A stretch of 63,933 nt of DNA, filler included, from Octopus bimaculoides (GCF_001194135.2; 6 parts of 6 records of this genome joined end to end with filler, not necessarily neighbours in it); one strand, 5' to 3'; positions 1 to 13,090 are shown, counted from the first letter of the whole stretch. Program-made: numbers and translations. The notes: generated from the sequence alone by a model not told the origin.

Positions 1-143
1 GGTCACAGAAGTGTGACGAAAGAACTCTGGCCGAAATAAGATTAAGATTAATGTAATATAAGGCTGAAGCAAATTAACACCAAATATACAGTGCGTGTGT
101 TTTTATTGGCTAAACTGGCAATATGACCATCCCGAAGTACAAC

Positions 144-146
<3 letters not shown>

Positions 147-223
<77 letters not shown>

Positions 224-241
224 TGTGTGTGTGCGTGTGTC
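147..241. repeat. Compound (TA)n/(TG)n microsatellite
   Basis: Directly visible dinucleotide runs. Confidence 0.95.
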
Positions 242-389
242 TGTATGAGAAATTAACTCCACGTCTACATCAACCTATACAGTTAAAACTTTTATTCAAA
301 GAGGATTGGGCATGCTCTATGTGAGATATGCATAACGGAGGGAGAATGTAGAGCTATAACGAAACCGGCAGATCAAAGGTGAATGCTTG

Positions 390-1250
390 TTTGATAGGAT
401 AGAAATGTAGATCAGATCAACGCTACCAGAACAGATCAGATTCACAATTCGGAAGGTATTTAAATAATATGAGGAAATATGTATACTGGAAACGTAGATC
501 GAATCGATGGTAGATCAAACAAATAAATACCTGAATACTACATTAACGTTAGGGTAGTTGATCTTTGCTGTGATGGTTGGCAGATCAATGGTAGGGCAAT
601 AGATCGAGATTTTTATGGTTCGATGCTAGATCAATGGTAGAGTAGAAGTTCAATAGCATGTGGCAAGATTAATGGTTTAAGAGGTAGATAGATCATTGAA
701 AATTAGTATGATAGATCAATGATGGTAGTTAAATGCTGAAACGGAGACCAGTCGATGGTAATAAACATGATCAACGCTGAATATCTAGGTAAATGGCTAG
801 ACTGTGGATCAATACAGTGAGGGTATATTAATAGTGAGATGGCTTATCATTCTTATCATTCTTGAAATAGTGGCTAATCTGTGGTGAAATGGCGGTCAAA
901 AGCGTAATAAGTGACATGTACATTAATTGCAAATCAATGCAATCAACAGAGCGATAGCAAGTAAATAGTGAGACGACACGCAGATTAATTATGATGGCAG
1001 ATCAATGGTAAGTTGACAAATCAGTGATATGGTGATAGGATCAGTGGTAAGATCGAAAATAAATTGTTAAATGCTGGATCAAGATTGATACGGTTCCCGA
1101 TGGTGATGCGACAGATCGATTGATTGACATGGATTAATTAAAAGAAATGAGATAGATCAGTGGTGTAAAATCAGATAATCTATGTTAATATGATGGATTA
1201 ATGACGAAACAAGCACAGAAATCAATAGTTAGATTTTGATTAACCAGTGT
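390..1250 (+). repeat. Highly decayed array of an AGATCAATGGTA-like motif
   Basis: Variants recur at irregular spacing, e.g. agatcaatggtag (~582, ~629), agatcaatgatggtag (~713), agatcaatggtaag (~999), agatcagtggtg (~1154). Confidence 0.5.
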
Positions 1251-1979
1251 TTACAATATACCAATCTTTTAATCAAAGCTCAAAAGAAAGAAGTATCAAC
1301 GAGAAAATGAAAGATAAATATATTGTCTTCTATGTTCTAAAACATAATTTGAGAGCTGATGAGTAGAGATTAAACAATCATATAAGGACATCGATTAAAT
1401 GACAAGAAGGATGTCAAATTAATCAATCAACTGGGGAAGAACACTGGAAAAGAATTATACAGAACGATATCCACGGTGTGGAGACATTAAAATGCAAATT
1501 TTCTTAGGTGCTTCAATAATACAAGCAGCTGTTAGAAAACAAAGATACAGCTTTTCTTAAGAAATATAGCTAAGTAATCTCTAAAACTGATTACCACATC
1601 TGTAATTAAAACTAAGCAGATGCTACCAAATGATAGCTAGATACTAGAACACAAATGAAACTCTGTTTTTTTATATAAAATTTAGCTTTAAAATATTGGT
1701 CTTAATTTTGTTTACTTTTATATCAATTCTTTTTGCATTTTAAAACTGTCATTTAAATTCTATTTTATATTTCGTTACAGTAACAATGGTTTTCTTATGC
1801 TATTTTAAGTTTTTCCTATATTTTATGATATTTGGTTCTATTTATCTATTTACTTTGAAACAGTAATGTTCTAAAGACCTTTTTTTCTACTGTTTAAATT
1901 TAAATGTTCAAGTTTCTGCACAACAGTATAACTGGAGGAAAATACTGCAGGGGAGTGTACTGCACGTTAAAATAGAAAT

Positions 1980-2062
1980 ATGGGAGGATCAGATATTCCA
2001 AGATCATCTCGCTTATCCCTCGGACATTGCATCTTAAGGACTACCTTATTGATTATACACTT
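1980..2062 (+). mobile_element. Possible very old mariner transposase remnant
   Basis: Translates with a stop and a frameshift as ..DHLAYPSDIAS*/DYL.., resembling the mariner HPPYSPDLAPSDY motif. Confidence 0.3.
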
Positions 2063-2215
2063 CCGTTTCCGTTACTGCTGATGAAATTTCGAAAACATTT
2101 GGCTGCCTTTTCTAGGAAATCCGTCAACACAGAGGCTCACTTGATACATATCTATATGATTTTGTATCACATTTTATATCCATCCATCCATCCAACAGAC
2201 TGATCGTCTACCTGA

Positions 2216-2401
<186 letters not shown>

Positions 2402-4447
2402 NNNNNNNNNNNNNNNNNNNNNNNNNNNNNNNNNNNNNNNNNNNNNNNNNNNNNNNNNNNNNNNNNNNNNNNNNNNNNNNNNNNNNNNNNNNNNNNNNNN
2501 NNNNNNNNNNNNNNNNNNNNNNNNNNNNNNNNNNNNNNNNNNNNNNNNNNNNNNNNNNNNNNNNNNNNNNNNNNNNNNNNNNNNNNNNNNNNNNNNNNNN
2601 NNNNNNNNNNNNNNNNNNNNNNNNNNNNNNNNNNNNNNNNNNNNNNNNNNNNNNNNNNNNNNNNNNNNNNNNNNNNNNNNNNNNNNNNNNNNNNNNNNNN
2701 NNNNNNNNNNNNNNNNNNNNNNNNNNNNNNNNNNNNNNNNNNNNNNNACACACACACACACACACACACACACATTATCACATAAGCACACGCAGACTGC
2801 CCACGAAAATGCAACTTCAGTAAATGTTCTGGATTACATCTATATCTAATGTGGCGAAGCAAATAGCGGTCTTTCTTCACATCTCTTACATACTGGATGA
2901 TCTATCAGTTACCAATTGTTAGCTTTTCATCTTTTGGCTTCACAGTATTTATTTTCCGCCTGTCTTGCTAACGTCACCGGCAAACAATCAATAGCAATGC
3001 TCACTGAACTTCTTAGAAAACGTGCCCACATAATGATATCTAATACTTCGTCTTAGAAAGTGGAAGCTTATGGCAGCACGCATATATACGTATATATATA
3101 TTAGTCGTATATACATATTTGAAAAGAACCAAATAAACAAGCGCTATCGATAAAGGGCAACTGAAAAATTCAACAGAAATGACGGTAGCCAAGTTTGAAT
3201 TCAATGTGTAATAAAAATAAGGTGCAAAAATGAGATAAGAACATTTGTGAAATGAAAGCTGGGGGAAATGTCGTGTGTATGTGCTTGTATGTTAATCTAT
3301 CAATGTACGTATGTGTGTGTGCTTGTATGAATGAAAGTGTAATATATATGGGCTCTGAATTTGAATGGAAGAGTCTGTATTAGTTAATATCGGGTATTGT
3401 TGAGGAGACTTGGAAAATGTATTTTAAGGTTAAATTTAAACTATTGTAGCACAATAGCGACTTCATATAATAATTGTTTATATATTTTAATGGGTTAATT
3501 TTAGATTTACATAAATGCAAAATAAAATCACAGTGTATTAAATTGAAACATTTGCTTTTTCATAAAATTTATAACATTTTGTCTTATATTAAATTTTAAA
3601 TTTAAATAAAATAAGCTGACATCTAATTGCGTAGTATTTTTTTTTATCAGTAATAATGCTTATATTGAATCTATTTTATATAATATAATAAAAGTGAATT
3701 GAATTGTTAAATTCAGTAAATGAAATTCAAATAATAAAACGAAGGGCGATATTTTAAGAAAAAATAATGTAATTTGTTTTCTTTATTTCTAGGAATATCT
3801 CATGAAAAAGCAACTAAAAATACTTAAGAAATGTGTTAAATTTTATACTGTTAATGTTCCAGAAAATAACAAATGAATATTTTTCATTGCCACCGTAATT
3901 TTCTTTACGACCAACCAAATTATACTCACGTTATACATAAATAATTTTAAAACAAATCGAAAGTGAGTTTAAATATAAATTATAGTCAGTTGCATTACTC
4001 TGCAAAAAAGAGCCACAGAATCATAGACCAATTTGATAAGACCTCTATAAAAATTATTCTAACTGTATTCTTCAACAAATAGTTAAGACAATATTTGTTT
4101 CGTTTGAAATATGTTATGTTTCTAACATTAGGATCGAGATTAAGTACTGTAATTTACAAAACATAAAGTAAAACCTGGATCCCAAATATTTTTCTGCTCA
4201 TGAAGTCTCTGAAATTTTTTTGTTTGCTTATCTTTGCACACCCTACTAAAGTAATATGACATTTGAAGATGAAGTCAAATTTCTAATATCGAATTAATTC
4301 CTATTTTTTGAATTGAAACAGATACAATAATACTCTGGGTGAACGAACGGAACTCACAAAAAATATGCCCGTGGCTCACTGTATAAATATAATATAAATA
4401 TAAAGGTAAATTGAGCAATTTGAAAAAAAAAATACAAACTATAGACA

Positions 4448-4896
4448 CAGTATGGCTGTGTGGTAAGTAGCTTGCTAACGAACCACATGGTTCCGGGTTC
4501 AGTCCCACTGCGTGGCACCTTGGGCCGACCAAAGCCTTGTGAGTGGATTTGGTAGACGGAAACTGNNNNNNNNNNTGCGTGGCACCTTGGGCCGACCAAA
4601 GCCTTGTGAGTGGATTTGGTAGACGGAAACTGAAAGAAGCCCGTCGTATATATGCATATATATATATGTATGTGTGTGTATATGTTTGTTTATTTGTGTT
4701 TGTCACCCCAACATCGCTTGACAACTGATGCCGGTGTGTTTACGTCCCCATAACTTAGCGGTTCGGCAAAAGAAAGCGATAGAATAAGTACTAGGCTTAC
4801 AAAGAATAAGTCCTGGGGTCTATTTGCGCGACTAAAGGCGGTGCTCCAGCATGGCCACAGTCAAATGACTGAAACAGGTAAAAGAGTAAAAGAGTA
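4448..4896 (+). mobile_element. Composite tRNA-derived SINE, family A (head + internal microsatellite + RTE-like tail)
   Basis: Head ggctgtgtggtaagtagcttgc..ccgggttcagtccc (A/B-box-like), body gccttgtgagtggatttggtagacggaaactgaaagaagcccgtcg, (TA)/(TG) spacer, tail ending gtgctccagcatggccacagtcaaatgactgaaac..aaagagta. Matches the copy at 62885-63320. Confidence 0.9.
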
Positions 4897-5820
4897 TAAA
4901 CCCTTAAATCAATTAGAAACCTCAACATAAAATTGAAAAACTTTTTTGTTTCTGTTTCTCATTAATGAGTTTCTCAAAACATTGAATCATTCTCGTTGAT
5001 TGCGATCCGTTAATCTGCCTGTCGACTCAGATAATTCCTAGATTTTCTCTTCATTCACATAAAAACTGAATAAAGAATCACACTTCGCAAATGAAACGAG
5101 GATCGAGTTCTTCAATCGTCACCTCTTAAAGGTTAAAACAACACATAACACATGTAGAATAATAAATTTCTAAGCATAGAATAAAGTTATATTTAAGAAT
5201 TTACTTATAATTTTATTGTAAGAAGCGATTTCAATAAAGTATGTAGCTTCCTTGTTTGCCCCAGCTCCAAAATACCATCAGACACAACTCTCAACAAAAT
5301 GCTATCCATCACTTCTACCACCGCAAATGCCATCTCTCACTCATAATGGTAATGGACACTACAGCCTAGGGACGCTACATTTTTCTCTGTTGCATCTGTG
5401 CTTTCATCTATAAAACGTAAGCACGATACATGTAATGGCTGGCTGCACTGGAATGAACACTATCTGTTTGCAATACATATACAAAATATAGCCTTGGTCA
5501 TGAATTAAGTGGTCTATAATTCAAGAAAGTACTCAATACGGTTCAGACGCAGAAGTTGCTTGAAGTAAATATTTCCTTTATTAATTAGATGTTGTATTAC
5601 AATTGTACGATTGTTCGAAGAGGTGCACTGAAACAATTGCACTATTGTATAACATCAATTGGTGAATAAAAGTTACGCTTTATGTGTGTGCATATGATGT
5701 GATTGTGCGTGTGTGTGGTGAGGGCATTAAAATAGCTGGCCACATCTACAAAGCCAATGTTTTTCATTTTGTACGTAAATAGTGAAGCTTAAATTTTACT
5801 GTACAAAATGGATTCATCAT

Positions 5821-5858
<38 letters not shown>

Positions 5859-6407
5859 ACACACGCACACAATCAAATATAAGTCTACATCAACAGTCTA
5901 ACACGCAAACTTTATATATATATATATATTCACACAGATACGTTTACCTTCAAAGAAAATCAGACAAATATGTACGTGTGTCTGTGTGTACGCAACACAT
6001 GTATATATGGTTGTGTATGTGTGTGTGTATGTGTGTGTTTGTATGTGTGTGTGTGAGTGTGTGCGAATGTGTGTGTGTGTTTCTTTGTCTATGTAGATTA
6101 TGAAATACAACGAAAATATCTTGTACATATTCTCATTGGAATTACTATGCAACGTATGTTTCTCAAGTTCATGAAAGATTCATTTGAGTGCAGTAGACAA
6201 TATTATGTATCATTGATTGCTTGTCTGAGTTAGTAATTGACTGAGTGGTTGATTTTCGACGGTTTAAATTTTAGAAAAACCACAAGTGCCTTCACACGCT
6301 CACACCTAATTAGCTGAAGGTTAATTGCAACGGATATACACAGTCTTTATTCGCCGCTGGCATGAGGTGAAGCGGGTCAACCTGTGTAGTAATTAGTCCT
6401 CAACTAA

Positions 6408-6445
<38 letters not shown>

Positions 6446-6910
6446 GTGTGTGTGTGTGTGTATGCATATATATATACATATGCATTCACAAATATATATA
6501 TGGAGAGAGAGAGAGAGTTTGTGTATTATGTGTATGTGTGTGCGTGAGTGCATGTGTAAACATACGCATATATATAACTAGAGATAGAGAGAGAGAGAGA
6601 GAGAGGAGAGGGAGAAGAGGGAGAGGAGTGAGTGAAGAATGTATGTGCATTTGTATATTTTTAAATATAAATAAATATACATATGCCTATGTGTGAATAT
6701 ATTTGCATACACATTACCACATGTAGATGTACATATATATATATATATATATTCAAGGCTTGAATATGGTACTTATGCGAAGGCACCCGAATTTCACATC
6801 CCAAAAGGATGGGTGATTAAAATCAAATAATAAGCAACACGGATTTCAAAAGTGATTGCAGTACGCACGTTTCATGCTACTTCAATTTATTTAAGTAATG
6901 TGAGCATTAC

Positions 6911-6940
6911 CTTAAATGCAATATGAAGAGCAATCTTCAG
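6911..6940 (-). other. Candidate 30-nt exon
   Basis: Minus-strand acceptor ctttttttctacattttttcgtgcag and donor AAG|gtaatg. Splice signals only. Confidence 0.2.
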
Positions 6941-7258
6941 CTGCACGAAAAAATGTAGAAAAAAAGACATATTACAAATGTGGCAACATATTAAAATATA
7001 TATGCATACACGTTTGAGTTCTCATGAGAGAACTGAATACAGACATAAAGTGTAATTATTTACTGTACTAATAAGATTTATCTATAATACGACTCCTAGG
7101 TCACTCTATATTTCTAGTCACGTAACTAATTTCTGATGCACAAAATATAGTGTTTATGAGTGAGTGCCAACTTCAAATGAAAAACAAAGTATCTAAAGCG
7201 GGTTTCGTTCATATCCTATGGAGGTCATCATTGTTTTTCCATCTTCGAGTGTTCTTAC

Positions 7259-7457
7259 CAAATTATCAGAATCAGTGATATATTGGAGACTATTTTAATC
7301 GTAATCGCTGGGCCTTGCTGTTCCTTGGACAACATTGATAGAAGTGTATCAGTTGCATGGGTAGTCTTCTGTACAGCTTTATATAGGCTTCCCATCTGGT
7401 TGCATATTATGGCAAGGTGAGAAATCTGTGTCACCACACATACTCTATCAACACAGC
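7259..7457 (-). CDS. Candidate coding exon of an unknown protein (..CVDRVCVVTQISHLAIICNQMGSLYKAVQ..NISLILII)
   Basis: Open frame of ~66 codons in unique sequence, donor TG|gtaaga, modest acceptor ttactacag. The antisense frame is also open, so the strand is ambiguous. Confidence 0.28.
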
Positions 7458-8407
7458 CTGTAGTAAGACTTTCCAGGAGCTGATCCAGGTTTCACGAGGA
7501 ATATAGAAGGCAACAAACGTTACAGAACTACATTTTATTGTTCCCATCATATGCAAAGAAAAATCGGCATCAGAAGAATTTGACCTTAGAAAGTAGAAGA
7601 ATATATTTAAATAGTGGAAGCTATTTTGACAGCCTGTGCACCAATTTTTACATCCTATGTCGTTGATTCATCGGATATTAATTTCAGACATTATCACAAG
7701 GCCTAAAGATATAACTGCGATAGAATGGTCTATAAAATCGATATAAGTACTTGACTAGTAATCATTTTATCAATCTCAGAAAGTTCAAAATCCTTTGGTG
7801 GGTTTTTCAACTAATAACGTGAAAGAGTGCAAACAAAAATGCCGACAAACATTTTTTTTTTAATGAGACCGCCAAAGAATATTGCTTGAAATAACTACAG
7901 CAGTCAAATTGTTCTCAAATCGCACGTCATTCTCTTAAAACTTGTGGCTCATTTGGTTAATGCAACATTGAATTCATTGTATTTAGCACATGTAAGACGA
8001 AGTATACATGTTTAATATCGTTGCTCACAGAACTGCCTGATAAGTGCGAAGCAGAGTACTAAGTAACACCGCCACCATTATAAACAAAAACAGCAAAATC
8101 AATAAGTTTTCTCCCGATCTATGATAATTATAAAGCGAATCACCTTCAGTTCACACCTGCGAGGAACTAGAAGGGGCACACATTCGGATAATGCAGTTCC
8201 AGATACAAAATACTATAAAAGGAAAATGGACTGATTGTCATTGCTGGCATGCCTGAATCAAAAGTCTTCTCAGTCGATCAGAGTTGAACTGAGGTTAAAC
8301 AACAGTAATAACTTGAAACGAAATAGTACCCAATCCAAGAGTGAGAAATATTTCTCATTCTGACGAATTTTATAAGATCAGAGCTTTGAGTCTCTTATGA
8401 GACTCAC

Positions 8408-8622
8408 CTTCACACACAAGAAGTTTTGAAGAAAAGGCAGATAAAAAACTGGAAATATGAACCTGACAAAACCAAACAGTAAAAATGATAAACAAAATGA
8501 GCAACATGGAGCCGTCTTCAAATAGTAACATAGTTAAACATAATAACAGGATTAAGGCGTTAGAATGATTACTCTTATCTAATATGATGTTGTTAGTAAG
8601 TGCATATTTCTGTAAAGTTTTC
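8408..8622 (-). CDS. Candidate coding exon, hydrophobic (..LLLCLTMLLFEDGSMLLILFIIFTVWFCQVHISSFLSAFSSKLLVCEG)
   Basis: Strong donor AAG|gtgagt at 8408. Two in-frame pyrimidine-rich acceptors (exon start 8622 or 8462). Lies within the 118-aa ORF 8370-8726. Confidence 0.3.
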
Positions 8623-9653
8623 CTGGAGACAACAAAATAAAATACAAAGCAAAAGGAAAGTAATGTACTTCCCAGTAGAATACAAATTATGGAGGCCAAC
8701 ATAAAGACACGATATACATGGTACATTATTTGAAAATTTTAGTAGCCATGTTCTGGCTAAAGGCAATTTGAACACGTTATACGTGAGCTTATGAAATGCA
8801 ATTAACAAGAAGTCATCGAAAATGCGTTACGGTATATACATAGTATTTCTCATATATGTACACACACACACGCACACACACACATGTATCATTCTTTTTT
8901 ATCATTCATTTACTCTCTACACCACTGTTATTTCATATCGTCTTTCTAATTTCCCCCTATCTCTCTCCCCTCTCTCTGTATTGCAGAGCGCTTTATCTTT
9001 CTTTTTTTTTCTAACATTTCACCTTTTACTTATGTTCTCTCTTCTCCCATTTTTTTTATCATCCTCCCCTTATTTAACTGTTTACTTACATAAGTGTTTC
9101 TCTTAACCTGTCAATCTTTTCTATCAATTTATCTATGTATTTAGCCAACCACTCTTTATAGCATTTTCTTTCAGTCTTTCTTTCTTTCTTAGCCTCCTAA
9201 TGCAGCTATTGCGCTCTTTCCAATGTTGTTATATACATACATACGTACGTACACAAACACACACAGACACAGACACACAAGCACACATATAGTGAGGAAG
9301 ATAGATGAGGATATCGATACACGCACACGCATATACACACACATATATAGGTAGAGTAATGAAAAAAGCGATAGAATTGATCTCTGCCCTACTGCTGTGT
9401 ATTGCATTTTTCTTGACGATAAGGAATAGTATACATCCATAACAAAATTCATACAAGAAATAGTGATGTTAAAGCTTGACTGGTGGTAGACAGATGCGTT
9501 ATAGATGAAGGTACATCAATAAAAACAGAGCTGTCGGGGTTCACTGGTAGCAGCGGTGAAGGGCAGCCAATTTCTCATTGCAGAAGACACTCAAACAGTA
9601 ATCTACATATTTCTTGTAATACACTCTTGTACACATACACACACACGCACACA

Positions 9654-9697
<44 letters not shown>

Positions 9698-9859
9698 GTC
9701 TCTCACACACACAGAAACAGACACACACAGACACACACACACACATACACACACACACACACAGTGGCATATATATAGATAGAATACATATACATATATG
9801 TCTCTGCCTATGTATATATATATATATATATGTATGTGTACGTGTATGTGTGTATCCCA

Positions 9860-9980
9860 CACCACCATCGCTTCACAACTGATGTTGGTGTGTTTACACC
9901 CCTGTAGCTTAGTAGTTCGGCAAAACGGACCAAGAATAAGTAGTAGGTTTACAAAGGATAGGTCCTAGGGTCGATATTTC
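9860..9980 (+). mobile_element. SINE family A tail module, truncated by a gap
   Basis: catcgcttcacaactgatgttggtgtgtttac..gaataagtagtaggtttacaaaggataggtcctagggtcgat matches the family A tail. Confidence 0.8.
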
Positions 9981-10819
9981 NNNNNNNNNNNNNNNNNNNN
10001 NNNNNNNNNNNNNNNNNNNNNNNNNNNNNNNNNNNNNNNNNNNNNNNNNNNNNNNNNNNNNNNNNNNNNNNNNNNNNNNNNNNNNNNNNNNNNNNNNNNN
10101 NNNNNNNNNNNNNNNNNNNNNNNNNNNNNNNNNNNNNNNNNNNNNNNNNNNNNNNNNNNNNNNNNNNNNNNNNNNNNNNNNNNNNNNNNNNNNNNNNNNN
10201 NNNNNNTATATATATATATATATATGCGTATAAATGTATACGTACTAGGTACATTACTTTTTGCTCCATTTGCTCTCGTTATTATCTTATTCTATATTTG
10301 TTTACGGAGATGCTTGTGTAGCAATCTAGTCCACTTTTCTTGCCCATTCCGTCCCTCTATCTCTTTCTATGCTGTTGCACCAGCATATATCAATCAGTGT
10401 CATTCTGTGTCTACCCAAATCTCATTCTGCTTAACATAGTGCAAACAATTTTCTTTTAGTTATAGTTCTTTGTTGCCTAGCAACTGTATGAACATTTAGC
10501 CAAGTCTGACACCTACGCTTGTCTCATCATTCCCAATACGAACTTCTAAACACCTAGTGTTTCACTTCTAATTCTCATTGATTTTAAGCTACTTTCATCA
10601 AAAATATAAAATGTCTCAGTTATTTTATATTTTACATATATTTAAATTATTTTCAATATTACTTAAACAAGTTTTGTTCATATTCTTATAAATCTAGAAT
10701 ATTTTCGACTTCTTAATATTATTTCTCTACAGCAAATTTTGCTTGCTTTGGCATTTCTGTACTTATCTTTGCCACTATGACAAACCAATAAACAACGCAC
10801 ACACAAACACACACACACG

Positions 10820-10897
<78 letters not shown>

Positions 10898-11269
10898 CAT
10901 TCTGACAGGTAAAGAGTAAAAAGACTCGAAAGTAAATACTTGCAATTCATTACAATAAATATAATATACATATAATTCATAATTTTTCCGAAAGATATAT
11001 GAATACATTTAAGAATATATCTTAATATTTGTAGCCAGTATTTGATTCCGAATGTCCTTTCATGTTAACAAACTTTATATTACATTGTCGCTCTAAGCAT
11101 GAATTTAGTATGTTGTTTATCGAGCACTCTACTGCCAAACTGTTTTACATAAAACACTTCATTATGTTTGCTTACTTTATATATATATATACAGAGAGAG
11201 AGGGGAATTGAGAGAGAGAGAGCAAGATCAGTACACACACACACACACACACGCGCACACACACACACG

Positions 11270-11312
<43 letters not shown>

Positions 11313-12234
11313 TGTTAAGTATGCATATATATATTATAGAGTTAAGGTTTTTCCAAAAATTCTCTGCTTTCGCTAAATTATATAGTAGTTCTCTGGAACC
11401 CAATATATGCTCTGTAGTTATATTTAATTTGTATTGAGTCCTATTTGTAATTCTGGTGTTCCTGAATTCAAGCATTTTCCCATACAAGCGTATATTCATA
11501 CACGTGTATATATGTATATATCTCATACACACACAGAAGCAGACACTTTCAAGTAAGAACATTGCAATAAGTACGCACTATATTACATCCTGTACAAAAT
11601 GAAAAGTATATTACTTTACGTTGCAAAGCAATTTTTTATTAAATGTACTCTTACGGGAAATTTTCTTATTGAATCTAAATATTTGGTAACTTTTATATCA
11701 TATAAAAGTTCGAAGCAATACGTGGAGGTAAGCGTTGGTCGTTTCTAAGTTTAATTTAATTTTTTTCTTTTTTGGTTTAGTTCAAATAACAGCAACGTGG
11801 TTCTATACTTTAACGATGTCAGTATAAATCTGTGAATTGTCCGAGTTAGTCTAATTTTAAACAAAGAAGGTAAGACTTAAATACACCCCCCCACACACAT
11901 ATATGTATATGCATATANNNNNNNNNNNNNNNNNNNNNNNNNNNNNNNNNNNNNNNNNNNNNNNNNNNNNNNNNNNNNNNNNNNNNNNNNNNNNNNNNNN
12001 NNNNNNNNNNNNNNNNNNNNNNNNNNNNNNNNNNNNNNNNNNNNNNNNNNNNNNNNNNNNNNNNNNNNNNNNNNNNNNNNNNNNNNNNNNNNNNNNNNNN
12101 NNNNNNNNNNNNNNNNNNNNNNNNNNNNNNNNNNNNNNNNNNNNNNNNNNNNNNNNNNNNNNNNNNNNNATATATATATATATATATATATATAGGAGGG
12201 AGAATGTACGAAAAAAAACAACAGTGGAGGACAG

Positions 12235-12335
12235 GTGGTGTAGTAAACAACAAAAGGATGTATTAGTTTGACGCTCGGGAATACAGAAAGTCTTTAACGT
12301 TTCGAGCTACGCTCTTCAACAGAAAGAATACGAAG
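12235..12335 (-). mobile_element. Short repeat family D (Penelope-like terminal repeat with hammerhead-like motif)
   Basis: Reverse complement reads tctttCTGTTGAaGAGCgtaGCTCGAAAcgttaaagactttc..ccgagcgtcaaactaatacatcc. Homologous to the copies at ~32505 and ~42900. Confidence 0.65.
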
Positions 12336-12454
12336 AAAACAAGGAGAAAAACACGGAGAAAAAAAAATTGAATGGTGTTTGGTTAGCGATTAATCATGGC
12401 GTCTGCGGACAATATGTATATACGTGTGTGTGTGTGTATTACATGTATGTATAT

Positions 12455-13090
12455 CATTCCAAGTCCTGCACTATGGACGCACGAAGCTCAATGAAAAGCA
12501 GGCAGGATGCACTGGCCCTGGAGGGATTGAGATCTCTGATCCAAATTCAGTGCGCGACCTGGGCATAATAAGCTGGCAATAAAATTCAGACGGCTGGCCT
12601 GATGGATCCTTCGAACTTTCAGAACGAGAGAGCACGAAACCGTGATGGTTCTCGAAGAAATCCAGCGAAGCTACACAAAGAAGATCGTCTCAATGCGACA
12701 TATTAGCTCCTGGGTGAGACTGAATAAGTTAAGACTATTCCCTAGAACGAAGGTGGGAAAGATACGCAGTAATAAACATCTGGAAAATCATAGAACTTGT
12801 ACCAAACTTTGGCAGTGTCAGTTACAAGAAAAGCAGAACGGGACACAGTAGCATAGCACCAAAATTTCCAAGATTGCCATTAGGTTACAGGATCAGATGC
12901 TGCAACAGCTCGGAATTCAAGGGACCACAGCTCTTTAATATCCTTCCACAAAGCCTGAGAGACCTACATGTGGTGGGTGAAGGTGTCTTCAAAACAAAAC
13001 AGGATCCCCTCCCGTCAAGAATTCCGTATCAACCTACCTCGCGGCAAGAAACACAGACGAGGGCAGTAACATGAAACTCCCTCATTCGTC
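12455..13090 (+). mobile_element. CR1-like LINE, 3' fragment of the RT ORF, degenerate
   Basis: Peptides FQVLHYG.., SVRDLGI.., LEEIQRSYTKKIVSMRHIS.W.RLNKLRL and GPQLFNILPQSLRDL..VFKTK are typical of the CR1/L2-group ORF2 C-terminus. Confidence 0.8.

Noticed and set aside
4510-4631. Direct repeat on both sides of a 10-N gap (also 61848-61960, and 62835-62866 versus ~63010)
   Set aside because: Most likely unmerged overlapping contig ends; not a real tandem duplication or a CRISPR-like array.
5343-5410. Minus-strand DESTD peptide suggesting a hAT/Buster transposase or an exon
   Set aside because: Only a five-residue match, with no supporting flanking motifs.
5580-5680. Hammerhead-like tcgaagaGGTGCACTgaaaCAATTG followed by AATAAA
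   Set aside because: The core is altered (no CUGA), there is no NUH triplet and no stem I pairing. At best a decayed PLE end.
11781-11868. Plus-strand segment with a strong acceptor and AAG|gtaaga donor
   Set aside because: Stops in all three frames. It shows how easily splice-like signals arise here, which is why the exon candidates have low confidence.
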